The notes: generated by a model from the letters alone, not told the origin. A stretch of 64,000 nucleotides of DNA from an uncultured delta proteobacterium (GCA_963785235.1 CAWAUM010000011.1:128001-192000), one strand, 5' to 3'; counted from the stretch's first letter, positions 30,105-40,718 are shown. Program-made: numbers and translations.

Positions 30105-30812
30105 ATGATTGATTATTTAAAATTTACGAGCTTGTTCCTGGCGGTGTTCGCCCTTTCCCTGATTTCCGTACCATCATGCCATGCATCACCCAAGGTCCAG
30201 GTGGACCAGGCGGTCTATGATGCAGGGACACTGTCCGAGGGTAAGGATATGTCACACGAGTTTATTCTGAAAAACGTTGGCGACCAGAAGCTTATATTCA
30301 AACCCAAACCCTGTTGAGGCGCCACGGTAACTGCCCCGGGAGGGCAGGAGATTGAACCTGGCAAGACCCAGAAAATCGTGGTGAACATTGCAACCCGTTA
30401 TATTAAAGGTGACTTTACGAAAAACATCGAGGTTGAAACCAATGATCCGTCCATGCCGGTTCTCAAGTTGACCATGAAGGCGAAAATTGTTGAGATCCTC
30501 TCCGTAACACCTATGGATGTCAATTTCGGGACGGTGAAAACAGGTTCTATCAATAAAAAGATGTTTACCATTACAAACAAGGGGAAAGAGGCCCTAACCA
30601 TAACCTCCATATCCGCAAACCCTTCAACCGTGCTCTCGGCTTCCCATCAGGGCAAGGTGAAACTTGATCCTGACAAATCCATCTCGGTGGAGGTGCGTTT
30701 TCAGGCAGGTCTGCCTACGGATTTCTTTTTCGGGACATTGCATGTGGAAACTGATCAGGAAACTATCAAGGCCAAGGATGCCCGTATCAGGGCAAAGGTC
30801 GTGGGGGATTAG
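30105..30812 (+). CDS. Exported DUF1573/Ig-like protein, candidate selenoprotein (UGA at 30315-30317 read as Sec71)
   Basis: ORFs 30075 and 30378 share a frame and are separated by one TGA: ...KPKPC-U-GATVTAPGGQEIEPGKT...; GGAGG RBS; signal peptide; SECIS-like hairpin. Confidence 0.8.
30331..30347 (+). promoter_or_regulatory. Bacterial SECIS-like hairpin
   Basis: CTGCCC-CGGGA-GGGCAG starting 13 nt after the UGA; G at loop position 2. Confidence 0.7.
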
Positions 30813-30847
30813 TACGACCACTCCCGCTCTCAGTAATATCCACTGAC

Positions 30848-32390
30848 ATGAGGGATGGCTTCAGGAAGAACGTAGCCACTGTCGGTGGGCTCACTGCAGT
30901 CAGCCGAATCCTCGGTTTTATCCGTGATATGATAATGGCCTGGCTCCTCGGGGCAGGCCTCCTGGCCGATGCCTTTGTCGTTGCGAACAGGATCCCCAAC
31001 CTGCTCAGGCGATTCATGGCCGAAGGCGCTGTCAGTGTGGCTTTCGTCCCTGTGTTCAGTGAGGTCAAGGAGCGTGAGGGCCTCGAGCGGGCCTACCTCA
31101 TGGCCCAGCAGATCATGACGTTGATGTTCTACGGCCTGGTGGTTGTGGTGATCATCGGCGAGTTCGCCGCTCCTGCCCTTGTTGCAGTCATGGCCCCGGG
31201 ATTTCTGCAAAGTGGTGTCTTCGACATCACGGTTCACCTTACCCGGATCATGTTTCCGTACATACTCCTTATAGGCGTGTCAGTGCTCTTCATGGGGATC
31301 CTCAACTCGTTGGGGCATTTTGCAGCACCTGCTGCTGCGCCGATCCTCATGAACCTCTTTATGATCGGGGTGCCGATGGTGTGTTATGTTGCATATCCCC
31401 TGTTCTCTTCGCCTGCAGATGCGTTGGCGTGGGGGGTGATAACCGGGGGTGTTGCCCAGATCCTGATCCAGATACCCCCTTTGCTGAAAAGACATGTCCC
31501 CCTGGGATTCACTTCCAAGCTTCAATTCCCCGCGGGTAAGGCAAGTGATCCGCCTCCTTGGCGTGGCGGCTATCGGGGCCTCCATATATCAGATCAATGT
31601 TCTTATAGGGACCTTGCTTGCCTCGCTGCTTCCCCGGGGAAGCGTTTCCTATCTTTATTACGCAAACAGGATTCTGGAACTGCCTTTAGGGGTCTTCGCC
31701 TTTGCAGTGGGCAATGTGATGCTGCCCGCCATGAGCTCTGCCTCTGCGCGTTTTGATACAGAGCGGTTCTCTTTTCTCATGGGTAGGGGGCTTCTGGCTG
31801 TCCTTCTCTTCACAATCCCGGCCACTGTGGGCGCGCTTGTTCTGGCAAAACCTATCTTCGCTGTCCTCTTTATGCGTGGCGCCTTTACCTATCACGATGC
31901 CCTTGCATCGGCTTATGCCCTGCAGATGTATGGCTTAAGTCTTTGGGCTGTAGGATATACGCGGATACAGACTCAAGCGCTCTACGCCATGCAAAAGGCC
32001 AAGGCGGTAGTGAACATTTCTTGGGTGAGCATGGTGGTGAACTTGATATTCTGTCTCATCCTCATGCGTTTTATGAACCATGCCGGGATCGCGCTTGCCG
32101 GCAGTATTTCGGTCTTTGCCCAGGTCATTATTCAGCATAAATATCTTACAGGCGCTGGAATCCACATCCCGATAGAGCATGTGAGACAGTTTGGCAAGAT
32201 GTTGGCAGCCGCAGTCATAATGGGCATTGCCCTGGTTCCATTTGCCCGCATGAGTATATGGAATACAGGTATGACTTTGAAATCCTGCTTGCTGCTTTTT
32301 TTATCTATTGTGTTGGGTGGCGGGCTGTATTTTGGTTCCCTGTGGGTTATGGGTGTGAGGGGATTCCCGGATAGGAAGAAAGCAGCCTGA
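30848..32390 (+). CDS. murJ: Lipid II flippase MurJ (frameshift near 31500-31540)
   Basis: SRILGFIRD, ADAF.VANRIPNLLRR..AEGA, YANRILELPLG. Confidence 0.93.
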
Positions 32391-32561
32391 GCAGATCCGC
32401 CCGCTTACAGACATTGATTTCTTATGACAGCGCAATGTGGTTAGTGTATGAAATTTATTTCTTATAAAGAGTAAGAAAAGTTCTATTAGTGAATCAATCC
32501 TCAGGGGGCCATAAGTCCTTTATTAGTTATAACATTAATAGGTTGCGTGATATATTATCTA

Positions 32562-32577
32562 TGGCACCATGTTTGCA
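32562..32577 (+). promoter_or_regulatory. sigma54 promoter (consensus)
   Basis: TGGCACCATGTTTGCA = TGGCAC-N5-TTGCA, preceded by an AT-rich tract. Confidence 0.85.
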
Positions 32578-32619
32578 CCTGTTATGAGGAATATAAGGAA
32601 ATGCATGGGGGATTTCATC

Positions 32620-32745
32620 GTGTGGCTTACCAGGAGAGAGATTCTCGAACAGCTCGGAAGGTTGGGCATAAGGACTTTGTGTGAGCTGAAGAAGGCCTGT
32701 CGAGAATTCGAATCATACTGGTATTCTCAACAGACGCATATGTAA
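32620..32745 (+). CDS. Unannotated 41-aa microprotein
   Basis: GTG start 8 nt after GGGGG; MWLTRREILEQLGRLGIRTLCELKKACREFESYWYSQQTHM; first ORF with a plausible RBS after the sigma54 promoter. Confidence 0.6.
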   Translation: MWLTRREILEQLGRLGIRTLCELKKACREFESYWYSQQTHM

Positions 32746-32801
32746 ACCCATGGGTTTGTCTAACTGTTTTAATACAATATGGGGAGAAGACGGGAACTAC
32801 T

Positions 32802-34658
32802 ATGTGGCCTGAAAGATTGAATGAATATATTGTTGATCAAACACTTGAACTTTCTCCTGAATTCATAAAAAATAATGCAAATATAATCCCGTTACTTTTC
32901 CAGGTTTCACTCTTGTCCGATGTGGAGATAAGGATCGAGAAGATATCGGACCTTTTCCTCAATTACATAGGCCATATTACCCCCTATGATGTTGCCTTTG
33001 TCTACATTTGGGAACCTCAGGATACCTGGTTCTGCAGGGGATTACAGGGGGAGGTTCCCGGTAATATCGAAAAGGGTGACATCTTTACCACTGCCATCCG
33101 GGAGATGGCCAGACCCATTCTCGTCCCGGAAATATCCAGGGCCGGGCTCAACGCCGAGGAGCTTCCCATCAGTTGTACATCCATGATAGGGCTTCCTATC
33201 TACAAGGATACCAAGATCATCGGGTGCGTAGAGCTTTTCAGGAAAGGTGCAAGCCCTTTTTGCATGAATGATCTTGTCCTGACAAAGCACCTCCTGCTGA
33301 GCTCGGAAAAGGTGCTTAGGAAAGTCATGGCCCCTGAAAAGGAGTTCGATGATGCCCTGGATGTCCGCATTGATATCCCCCAGAGGCATATCCTCCTGGA
33401 TGTCCTGCATCAGTACGAGGAGCTTTCCAAGAGACTCAGCTTTCCATTAAGCGTTGCGATCATTGAGATAGAAGATAGAGACAAATTTGGTCTGTATCAA
33501 CATCTTCCCGAAGGCGTAAGGACCCTCAAGATATTAGCCAAGAGGATACAGGAGGGCCTGCGTTGCTATGACAAGGTATTGAGGTACGAAGAGCTCAGTT
33601 TCTTTGTGATCCTGCCCGGGTGTACTGCGGCCGATGCAGTCAGTGCCTTGCATAAAGCCACCTTAAGCCTCGGGGCGGATCTTGCAGATACCATGACCAT
33701 AGGGGTGGCAACCTTACCCGATGAAGCCCAGGATGCAAAAGGGATCATTAATGTTGCACACCAGGCACTGTCCCATGCAAAAAAGAAAGGGACCCATGTA
33801 GCCACCTTTGCACAGACCGGGGCCATGAAGCAGGTGAATATCTCGCTGGAGCTCCGTATGAAGAAGCTCCTCCAGTCAGGACCATCCCTGAAGGCGCTCT
33901 ATGAGCTCTTGAACCTTATCAAGATTCAGTGCCAGGCAGACGAGGTGTCCATTCGGCATGAAGCCCCCGGTGTACCTGTATCATGGGAGGGCAATGAGCT
34001 TGGGTACCTTCACCAGGAGGGATTGCCGCAGGACATCTTTGAATGGATCACCACATATATTACCCCTGCCTGGGCTGTTGCCACTGGTTTTGATACGGAT
34101 ATTCAGAACTGGTATATGGGTATCTTAAACACGGCATCCATCATGTGCGACCTTCGTGCAGGGTACCCCATGGGGTTCTCTCTGAAGATTGCAGATCAGA
34201 TCTTTACCCTTGCCAAAGAGATGGGGGTAGGAGACAGGATCGCGAGCCAGTGGGCCAATTCTTCTCTGGCTGCCAATATCGGATACCTGGGCATACCGAC
34301 AACCCTGTTCATAAAGGGCGACCTTAACCCCTTTGATAAAAAGAAGCTTAACAACCACCCCATTATCACCTCGCGTATCCTCAAAGACGTGACTGTCCTC
34401 AATATTGATGAGGACCTGCTGATATATCACCATGAGAATTTTGACGGCAGCGGTTTTCCGCGGGGACTCAAAGGGGAGGATATCCCTTTGGCTGCACGGG
34501 CCATGAGGGTGGTGGATACATACAATGCAATGACTACTCCAAGGCTTTACCGGGCGCAGATGAGACATGAAGAGGCGCTGAAAGAGCTGTGTGCCATGTC
34601 GGGCAAGACGCTGGATCCCGACGTTGCATCCCTTTACGTGGATCTTATCGGTTCTTGA
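32802..34658 (+). CDS. GAF-like + degenerate GGDEF + degenerate HD-GYP protein
   Basis: RCYD-KVLRY-EELSF; ANIGY in place of HDIGK; HHENFDGSGFPRGLKGEDIP. Confidence 0.8.
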   Translation: MWPERLNEYIVDQTLELSPEFIKNNANIIPLLFQVSLLSDVEIRIEKISDLFLNYIGHITPYDVAFVYIWEPQDTWFCRGLQGEVPGNIEKGDIFTTAIREMARPILVPEISRAGLNAEELPISCTSMIGLPIYKDTKIIGCVELFRKGASPFCMNDLVLTKHLLLSSEKVLRKVMAPEKEFDDALDVRIDIPQRHILLDVLHQYEELSKRLSFPLSVAIIEIEDRDKFGLYQHLPEGVRTLKILAKRIQEGLRCYDKVLRYEELSFFVILPGCTAADAVSALHKATLSLGADLADTMTIGVATLPDEAQDAKGIINVAHQALSHAKKKGTHVATFAQTGAMKQVNISLELRMKKLLQSGPSLKALYELLNLIKIQCQADEVSIRHEAPGVPVSWEGNELGYLHQEGLPQDIFEWITTYITPAWAVATGFDTDIQNWYMGILNTASIMCDLRAGYPMGFSLKIADQIFTLAKEMGVGDRIASQWANSSLAANIGYLGIPTTLFIKGDLNPFDKKKLNNHPIITSRILKDVTVLNIDEDLLIYHHENFDGSGFPRGLKGEDIPLAARAMRVVDTYNAMTTPRLYRAQMRHEEALKELCAMSGKTLDPDVASLYVDLIGS

Positions 34659-36036
34659 TCCACCTGGGGTGTGTAATGCCGTATTTTCTGATCTTATAGT
34701 GGATCACCCTCTTGCTGATCCCCAGGGCGCTCGCTGCTTCTTTCTGAATCCAGTCATTTTTCTTTAGAGCTTCCAGGATCATATCACGTTCCGATAGCGC
34801 CAGGGTTGACATGGAGCTTTTATGATCCCCATTTCCGCCGTTATGTACAGGTGCAGCCTGGCTTGTTCCCGGATGCAGGATAGAGATGTCCTGCTGCCTG
34901 ATTGCATCACCTTCTGCCAGCAGCACTGCACGTTCGATGCAGTTCCTGATCTCACGGACATTGCCGGGCCATTCGTATTCAGTAATGGCAGCCAGCGCCT
35001 GCGAATCGATATCCATCTCGGGTTTGTTGAATTCCCTGCAGTATTTTCTGATGAAGTAGGTTACCAGAGGCTCTATGTCTTCCTTGCGTTGGCGGATGGG
35101 CGGGATGTGGATATTGACCACATTGATCCGGTAATACAGATCCTCGCGGAATTTCCCCTGTTCAACAAGGGAGTGCAGATCCTGGTTGGTTGCAGTGATT
35201 ACCCGGACATCAACCTTTATGGTTTTTTCTCCACCGACCCTCTCAAATTCTCTCTCTTCCAGGACCCGTAATATCTTGGATTGCAGGCCCAGATCCATAT
35301 CGCCGATCTCGTCGAGGAAGATGGTCCCCATGTTTGCCTGCTCTACCCTGCCTACCCTCATCCGTATTGCTCCGGTGAAGGCGCCCTTTTCGTGACCGAA
35401 GAGCTCGCTTTCGAGGATATTCTGAGGGAGAGCTGCGCAGTTGACCTGAACAAAATTATTTCCGCACCGGCTTGAGTTATGGTGAATGGCCCCTGCGATG
35501 AGTCCTTTTCCTACACCTGTCTCTCCGGTGACGAGCATGGTGGAATCGGCCTTTGCAACCTTTTCAACCAGCTTGAGAATTTTCTTGAGTGCAGTGCTCA
35601 CTCCGACAATGTCGGCAGTGCGATAGATGAGGTCTTCCTGGGCATGCCTGAGGTAGTCGATTTCGTTTTTCATACGCTTGATAGCCAGGGCGTCATCGAT
35701 TTTCTGTACGAGTTCGTGAAGGCCGAAGGGCTTCTGGATAAAATCCTGAGCACCGTTTTTCATAGCCACAACCGCAGTGTCTACCGAGGCATATCCGGTC
35801 ATCACAAGCACAATAGTGGTGGGATTGGTGGACTTGACCCGCTTGAGGAGTTCTATGCCGTCAATACCAGGCAATTTCAAGTCGGTGAGCATAAGGTCAT
35901 AGATATATTTTCCCAAACGGACGAGGGCCGCTTCGGCATTTTCAACGAGTTCAACCTCGTGGTTATGTCTCTTCAGTTCCTGAAAAATGACCTGTCCCAG
36001 GTTGATATCGTCTTCTACAATAAGGATGTGTGCCAT
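34645..36036 (-). CDS. NtrC-family sigma54-dependent response regulator
   Basis: REC domain (EDD, DLKLP), GETGVGK, ESELFGHEKGAFTGA, WPGNVRE, Fis HTH. Confidence 0.95.
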   Translation of the reverse strand: MAHILIVEDDINLGQVIFQELKRHNHEVELVENAEAALVRLGKYIYDLMLTDLKLPGIDGIELLKRVKSTNPTTIVLVMTGYASVDTAVVAMKNGAQDFIQKPFGLHELVQKIDDALAIKRMKNEIDYLRHAQEDLIYRTADIVGVSTALKKILKLVEKVAKADSTMLVTGETGVGKGLIAGAIHHNSSRCGNNFVQVNCAALPQNILESELFGHEKGAFTGAIRMRVGRVEQANMGTIFLDEIGDMDLGLQSKILRVLEEREFERVGGEKTIKVDVRVITATNQDLHSLVEQGKFREDLYYRINVVNIHIPPIRQRKEDIEPLVTYFIRKYCREFNKPEMDIDSQALAAITEYEWPGNVREIRNCIERAVLLAEGDAIRQQDISILHPGTSQAAPVHNGGNGDHKSSMSTLALSERDMILEALKKNDWIQKEAASALGISKRVIHYKIRKYGITHPRWIKNR

Positions 36037-36157
36037 AACAGTATTGTAATCGGATTTGCATGCTGAAAACTTTACCTCTTTATATAAACACTCAAATATT
36101 CACTAAAGGACCATTGCACAAGCTAAGAAAATCACTGAGATGGAAACTTGAGGAGAT

Positions 36158-36219
36158 AAAAAACCTTACCTGTTCAAATCAGACATCTCGGTGAAGCCGA
36201 GATGTCTGATTCGAACAGG
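36158..36219 (-). terminator. 23-bp hairpin followed by a T run (terminator-like)
   Basis: Arms 36169-36191 and 36197-36219, 5-nt loop; the single mismatch is a G-U pair on the minus strand; followed by TAAGGTTTTTT. Confidence 0.65.
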
Positions 36220-36400
36220 CCAATTTCTGGTTTGCATCTGAATATCTGAGGTTTTTACAATGGACTGAATCACATGTGAGCTGCTCACAAGCCTTGTGTC
36301 ACATCATTTTCATCTTTTTTCGTGTCGGAACTCGGACTTGGCAGTTATTCAGGAGTCTCCACTAGGGAAAGGGTGATGGCAGTTGACCTGAGCGTATGGG
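36160..36400 (-). ncRNA. Candidate ~240-nt sRNA or long structured leader
   Basis: Bracketed by a sigma70 promoter (36407-36435) and the long hairpin/T tract; no convincing ORF. Confidence 0.4.
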
Positions 36401-36406
36401 TATACT

Positions 36407-36435
36407 ATTGTATAAAAACAAACAGAAGCGGTCAA
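36407..36435 (-). promoter_or_regulatory. sigma70 promoter
   Basis: TTGACC-N17-TACAAT. Confidence 0.7.
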
Positions 36436-36477
36436 GCAACAGGAGAAATTCAGGCCTTAAAAGGCCGGGGGAAGTTG

Positions 36478-37104
36478 ATGCTGTTAAATACGGTAGTGGT
36501 TACTGAATTCATGACGAACTGCTTTATTCTTGGGGATGAACAGACGTTGCAGGCTGTTGTCATTGATCCGGGCGGAGAAGCGGAAAAGATCCTGAAACAG
36601 ATTGATGCCATGGGTTTAAAGGTTATTGCAGTTGTGAATACCCATGCGCATGTGGACCATATAGGGGCAATCAGGGAGATCAAGGACGCAACAGGCGCAC
36701 AGATCATGATGCATAAAGACGAATTGCCGCTGTTACAGGCAGCCTCGCGTATGGGCAGGCTCTTCGGGGTCCGGATCGAACAACCGCCGGATCCTGACCG
36801 TTTCTTAATAGAAGGGGATGAAATCTCTTTCGGCAATGGCATATCCCTGAGTGTCCTGGAGACACCCGGGCATTCTCCTGGAGGCATTGCCCTTGTCACC
36901 GCGGATAAAAAAATCTGCTTTGCAGGAGACACCCTTTTTGCAGGTTCCATTGGAAGGACAGATCTGCCCGGTGGAGATTACAATACGTTGATCGCCTCCA
37001 TCAAGACCAAGTTGTTGCCCTTAGGGGATGATGTGAAGGTATTGACCGGACATGGTCCTGCAACCACCATAGGGGCCGAGCGTAGATATAATCCATTCCT
37101 TTAG
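36478..37104 (+). CDS. MBL-fold hydrolase (glyoxalase II-like)
   Basis: THAHVDHIG, TPGHSPG, GDTLFAGSIGRTDLPGG, GHGPATTIGAE. Confidence 0.92.
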   Translation: MLLNTVVVTEFMTNCFILGDEQTLQAVVIDPGGEAEKILKQIDAMGLKVIAVVNTHAHVDHIGAIREIKDATGAQIMMHKDELPLLQAASRMGRLFGVRIEQPPDPDRFLIEGDEISFGNGISLSVLETPGHSPGGIALVTADKKICFAGDTLFAGSIGRTDLPGGDYNTLIASIKTKLLPLGDDVKVLTGHGPATTIGAERRYNPFL

Positions 37105-37115
37105 GGAGGAGAATA

Positions 37116-37532
37116 ATGAGAAAAACTGTTTTGATGAGTCTTATTTTGGTTTTTATGCTTGCCGGTTGCGCCCAGTTAAAGAACGCCACTTCGGGTGGAT
37201 CTTCCACACCGGAGGTGCGTCCATCACCAAGGTATCTCGACTTTGCCGACATCCTGATCCCCGGTGAGCTTGAGAGGGTGGCCAAAGAATGTAATATTAC
37301 GAACGGGTTCGGCAAGCTGGTGGTATCAGGCCGGGTGGAGGTGGAATCGCTGTCCCAGTTTTTCATTACCTCTATGAACTCTGAAGGCTGGGTGTCATTA
37401 AACCAGTATAAGTTCCAGGGGTCGATTAAACTCTTCTTCAAGAAACAAGACAGGTTTGCTTCAGTACTTATTGAAGAGAATCCTCTTGCTACAAGGGTGG
37501 AACTATGGGTGGTGCCGCAGGAGAAGATATAG
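37116..37532 (+). CDS. Lipoprotein
   Basis: Lipobox LAGC; GGAGG RBS. Confidence 0.8.
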   Translation: MRKTVLMSLILVFMLAGCAQLKNATSGGSSTPEVRPSPRYLDFADILIPGELERVAKECNITNGFGKLVVSGRVEVESLSQFFITSMNSEGWVSLNQYKFQGSIKLFFKKQDRFASVLIEENPLATRVELWVVPQEKI

Positions 37533-38719
37533 AGGGCAAGACCGTCGTATTCGGAATAACGGGAGGGATAGCGGCCTATAAGGCACCGCTTATCGTACGC
37601 GGTCTCAAGCAACTTGGCCTCGATGTACATGCTGTAATGACCGAGGCTGCGCAGCACTTCGTGACCCCCCTTGTTATCCAGACGCTCACGGGCAGACCCG
37701 TGAATACGGAGATGTTTGGCGAGGTATCCGTTGCTTCTTATGAAATTGATCATATCGTGTTGGCCGACAAAGCGGATCTTTTTCTCATCGCACCGGCCAC
37801 AGCTAATTTTATTGCAAAACTCGCCCATGGTATTGCGGATGACCTCCTGACCTGTACGGTGCTGGCAACAAAGGCACCTGTCCTTGTCTGCCCATCCATG
37901 AACGTAAATATGCTTGCCAACAGGGCAACCCAGGACAATCTGGATGCCATAAAGGCCAGGGGCATTCATGTGCTTGAACCATCCACAGGTGAACTTGCGT
38001 GCGGATGGGAAGGGGCAGGGAGGCTGCCGGAGCCGGTTCGGATCATCGAAGAGGTTAAGCTGCTGCTTGCACAGCACGACCTGGCAGGCATCAATATTCT
38101 TATCACATCAGGCCCTACATGCGAAGACATAGATCCTGTTCGTTTTATAACCAACAGGTCCACAGGCAAGATGGGGGCGGCCATTGTTGAAGATGCCTGT
38201 ATACGCGGAGCAAAGTTGAAGGTGATCAGCGGACCTGTGATGGTGGAGTATGCCCCATGGGCAACGGTGATCAATATCAGGTCTGCCCAGGAGATGCTTG
38301 AGCGTGTCAAGGAGAACCTCGCTGATGCGGATGTACTTATCATGGCTGCAGCAGTGGCGGACTACACCCCCCATACCTACTCCAAGAGCAAGATCAAGAA
38401 GGGCGATAAGACTGCCCATATCGAGCTTGCATCAACGCCCGACATCCTTGCAACAATACGTACGTTAAAGGAGTCAAAAATATTTGTCGGGTTTGCCGCC
38501 GAGACGGAAAACCTCAAGAGCTACGCCCAGGACAAGATGATCAGGAAGGGGCTGGACATGATTGTGGCAAACCGGGTGGGAGAGATAAACACCGGTTTTG
38601 CTTCGGACACAAACAGCGGCGTTATCCTCTCTCCGGAAGGCGTGATCTACGATTTCGAGCACATGGGAAAAGAAGTGCTGGCCCACAAGATCTTGGACCT
38701 GGTGAAAGAGAGACTGTGA
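37505..38719 (+). CDS. coaBC: Phosphopantothenoylcysteine decarboxylase/synthetase
   Basis: [45 protein letters not shown]; start uncertain. Confidence 0.95.
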   Translation: MGGAAGEDIEGKTVVFGITGGIAAYKAPLIVRGLKQLGLDVHAVMTEAAQHFVTPLVIQTLTGRPVNTEMFGEVSVASYEIDHIVLADKADLFLIAPATANFIAKLAHGIADDLLTCTVLATKAPVLVCPSMNVNMLANRATQDNLDAIKARGIHVLEPSTGELACGWEGAGRLPEPVRIIEEVKLLLAQHDLAGINILITSGPTCEDIDPVRFITNRSTGKMGAAIVEDACIRGAKLKVISGPVMVEYAPWATVINIRSAQEMLERVKENLADADVLIMAAAVADYTPHTYSKSKIKKGDKTAHIELASTPDILATIRTLKESKIFVGFAAETENLKSYAQDKMIRKGLDMIVANRVGEINTGFASDTNSGVILSPEGVIYDFEHMGKEVLAHKILDLVKERL

Positions 38720-39387
38720 GGGAACAGATTATCCAGCTCCTTCGTGATGAGGCCAGGTGGGCAGGTCCTTTTCTCCTGCTGCCGGAGCCAGCGGTTACCA
38801 AGCCTTTAGCCCCCCAGGCACATCTTGGGGCAGCGCATGAGCTGGAACTCATCCGGAAGATGGTTAGTGATTGCACCTCCTGCGGCTTATGCCATACCAG
38901 GAAAAACATTGTATTCGGCCAGGGTAATCCCGAGTCACAGGTCATGTTCATCGGCGAGGCACCAGGTGCGGTGGAGGACGAGACAGGAATGCCATTCATG
39001 GGCCCAGCAGGCAACCTCCTGACAGACATCATTGAAAAAGGTATGGGCTTGAATCGGACGGATGTTTTCATAGCCAATGTACTCAAGTGCCGGCCTCCTG
39101 CCAACAGAGACCCGTTGCCCGATGAAGTGGCCTCCTGTATAGGCTTTCTCCATGCGCAGATCAGGGCCGTTAACCCGAAGATCATTGTGGCCTTGGGCAG
39201 GATAGCAACCCATACCATTCTTGAAGATACCTCCCCAATCAGTAAACTTCGAGGTACATTCAAGGACTATTGTGGAATCCTGACCATGCCCACCTATCAT
39301 CCAAGTTATTTGCTGCAGAACCCATCTAAAAAGAGGGATGTATGGGAAGATATCAAGAAGGTCATGGAAGTGCTCGGTATCAGGTAA
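38716..39387 (+). CDS. Family-4 uracil-DNA glycosylase (4Fe-4S)
   Basis: [29 protein letters not shown]. Confidence 0.93.
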   Translation: MREQIIQLLRDEARWAGPFLLLPEPAVTKPLAPQAHLGAAHELELIRKMVSDCTSCGLCHTRKNIVFGQGNPESQVMFIGEAPGAVEDETGMPFMGPAGNLLTDIIEKGMGLNRTDVFIANVLKCRPPANRDPLPDEVASCIGFLHAQIRAVNPKIIVALGRIATHTILEDTSPISKLRGTFKDYCGILTMPTYHPSYLLQNPSKKRDVWEDIKKVMEVLGIR

Positions 39388-40700
39388 ACACCATAGGCAT
39401 TCTCTACGTCTTTGTTGTCCTGCTGCTCTGCGTGCCGCTTCGAGTCAGTGCATCCGATATTCTTGTCATTGAGGTCAAGGACGCCATCAGCCCACCCATC
39501 GCCTCCTATATCATGGAGAACATCGATAACGCACTGGCCACCAACAAGTCCGCCATCATCATCCGGCTGGATACCCCGGGAGGCCTGGACACTGCTATGC
39601 GCGATATCATCCAGAAAGAGATGAATGCCAATATCCCGGTCATTGTCTATGTCTCTCCAAAGGGTGCACGGGCCGCATCAGCCGGTGCGCTTATCACCCT
39701 TGCCTCTGATATAGCCGCTATGTCCCCGGGGACGAACATTGGTGCGGCACATCCTGTGAGCATAGGTGGTGGAGACGATAAAGAGGGTAAAGACAGCACC
39801 ATGGTGAACAAGGTAACCAATGACGCTGTTGCTTATGCCAAGAGCATCGCTCGAGAGCGTAAAAGGAGCGAGCAATGGGCGGATGATATCGTGCGCAAGA
39901 GCATTTCTACACCTGCACAGGAAGCATTGACCAAGGGGGTCATTGATATAGTGGCCCAGGATATGCCCGATCTCCTGAACCAGCTCCATGGAAGGAAAAT
40001 CAAGAAGAACCTCACAACCTTTGTGCTCAATACAAAGCAGGCCAATCTTGTGGATGTCCCCATGGGCTTCAGGTACCGGCTGCTCTCCACGCTTTCGAAT
40101 CCGAACATTGCCTATATCCTTATGCTCATCGGCCTCGCAGGCATATATTTTGAGCTTTCGAGCCCAGGGGCCATACTGCCCGGCGTCATCGGGGGTATCT
40201 CTCTGATCCTTGCCTTTTTCGCCTTCCAGACCCTGCCCGTTAACTATGCCGGGGTCGGACTCATTTTGCTGGCTGTTGTCATGTTCATCGCCGAGATAAA
40301 GGTGCCGAGCTATGGCCTGCTCACTGTGGGCGGCATCATCTCCATGACGCTGGGCTCACTTTTGCTCTTCAGGACCCCTGAACTCTATGCCCAGGTTTCC
40401 TATGCGCTTATTTTGCCCATTACCCTGTTTTTTGCCGCATTTTTTGCCGCCACTATATACCTCGTAGCCAAAGCACAGCGGACTACCTCCAGGTTTGGCG
40501 CAGATGCCCTGAAAGGCGAGATTGCTCAGGTGTATGCCTGGAATGAAGACGGCAGCGGCAAGGTCTTCTGCCACGGCGAGTACTGGAACGCCAAAGGTCC
40601 TTCAACCTTGAAGGCTGGGGATTTCGTAAAGATTGTGGACCAATCCGGTATGGAACTCATTGTAACAAAATCTCAGAGTATTGACGAGACAAGGCCATAA
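39342..40700 (+). CDS. nfeD: NfeD-family membrane-bound ClpP-class protease
   Basis: LDTPGG, AASAG, GTNIGAAHPV, TM bundle, GEYWNA OB domain; start uncertain. Confidence 0.9.
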   Translation: MGRYQEGHGSARYQVNTIGILYVFVVLLLCVPLRVSASDILVIEVKDAISPPIASYIMENIDNALATNKSAIIIRLDTPGGLDTAMRDIIQKEMNANIPVIVYVSPKGARAASAGALITLASDIAAMSPGTNIGAAHPVSIGGGDDKEGKDSTMVNKVTNDAVAYAKSIARERKRSEQWADDIVRKSISTPAQEALTKGVIDIVAQDMPDLLNQLHGRKIKKNLTTFVLNTKQANLVDVPMGFRYRLLSTLSNPNIAYILMLIGLAGIYFELSSPGAILPGVIGGISLILAFFAFQTLPVNYAGVGLILLAVVMFIAEIKVPSYGLLTVGGIISMTLGSLLLFRTPELYAQVSYALILPITLFFAAFFAATIYLVAKAQRTTSRFGADALKGEIAQVYAWNEDGSGKVFCHGEYWNAKGPSTLKAGDFVKIVDQSGMELIVTKSQSIDETRP

Positions 40701-40718
40701 TCTCTTTTAGGAGGATGT

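Noticed and set aside
36371-36390. GGTGATGGCAGTTGACC resembling a fluoride riboswitch 5' end
   Set aside because: P1 pairing is imperfect, the 3' pseudoknot segment is absent on this strand, and the downstream gene is unrelated to fluoride
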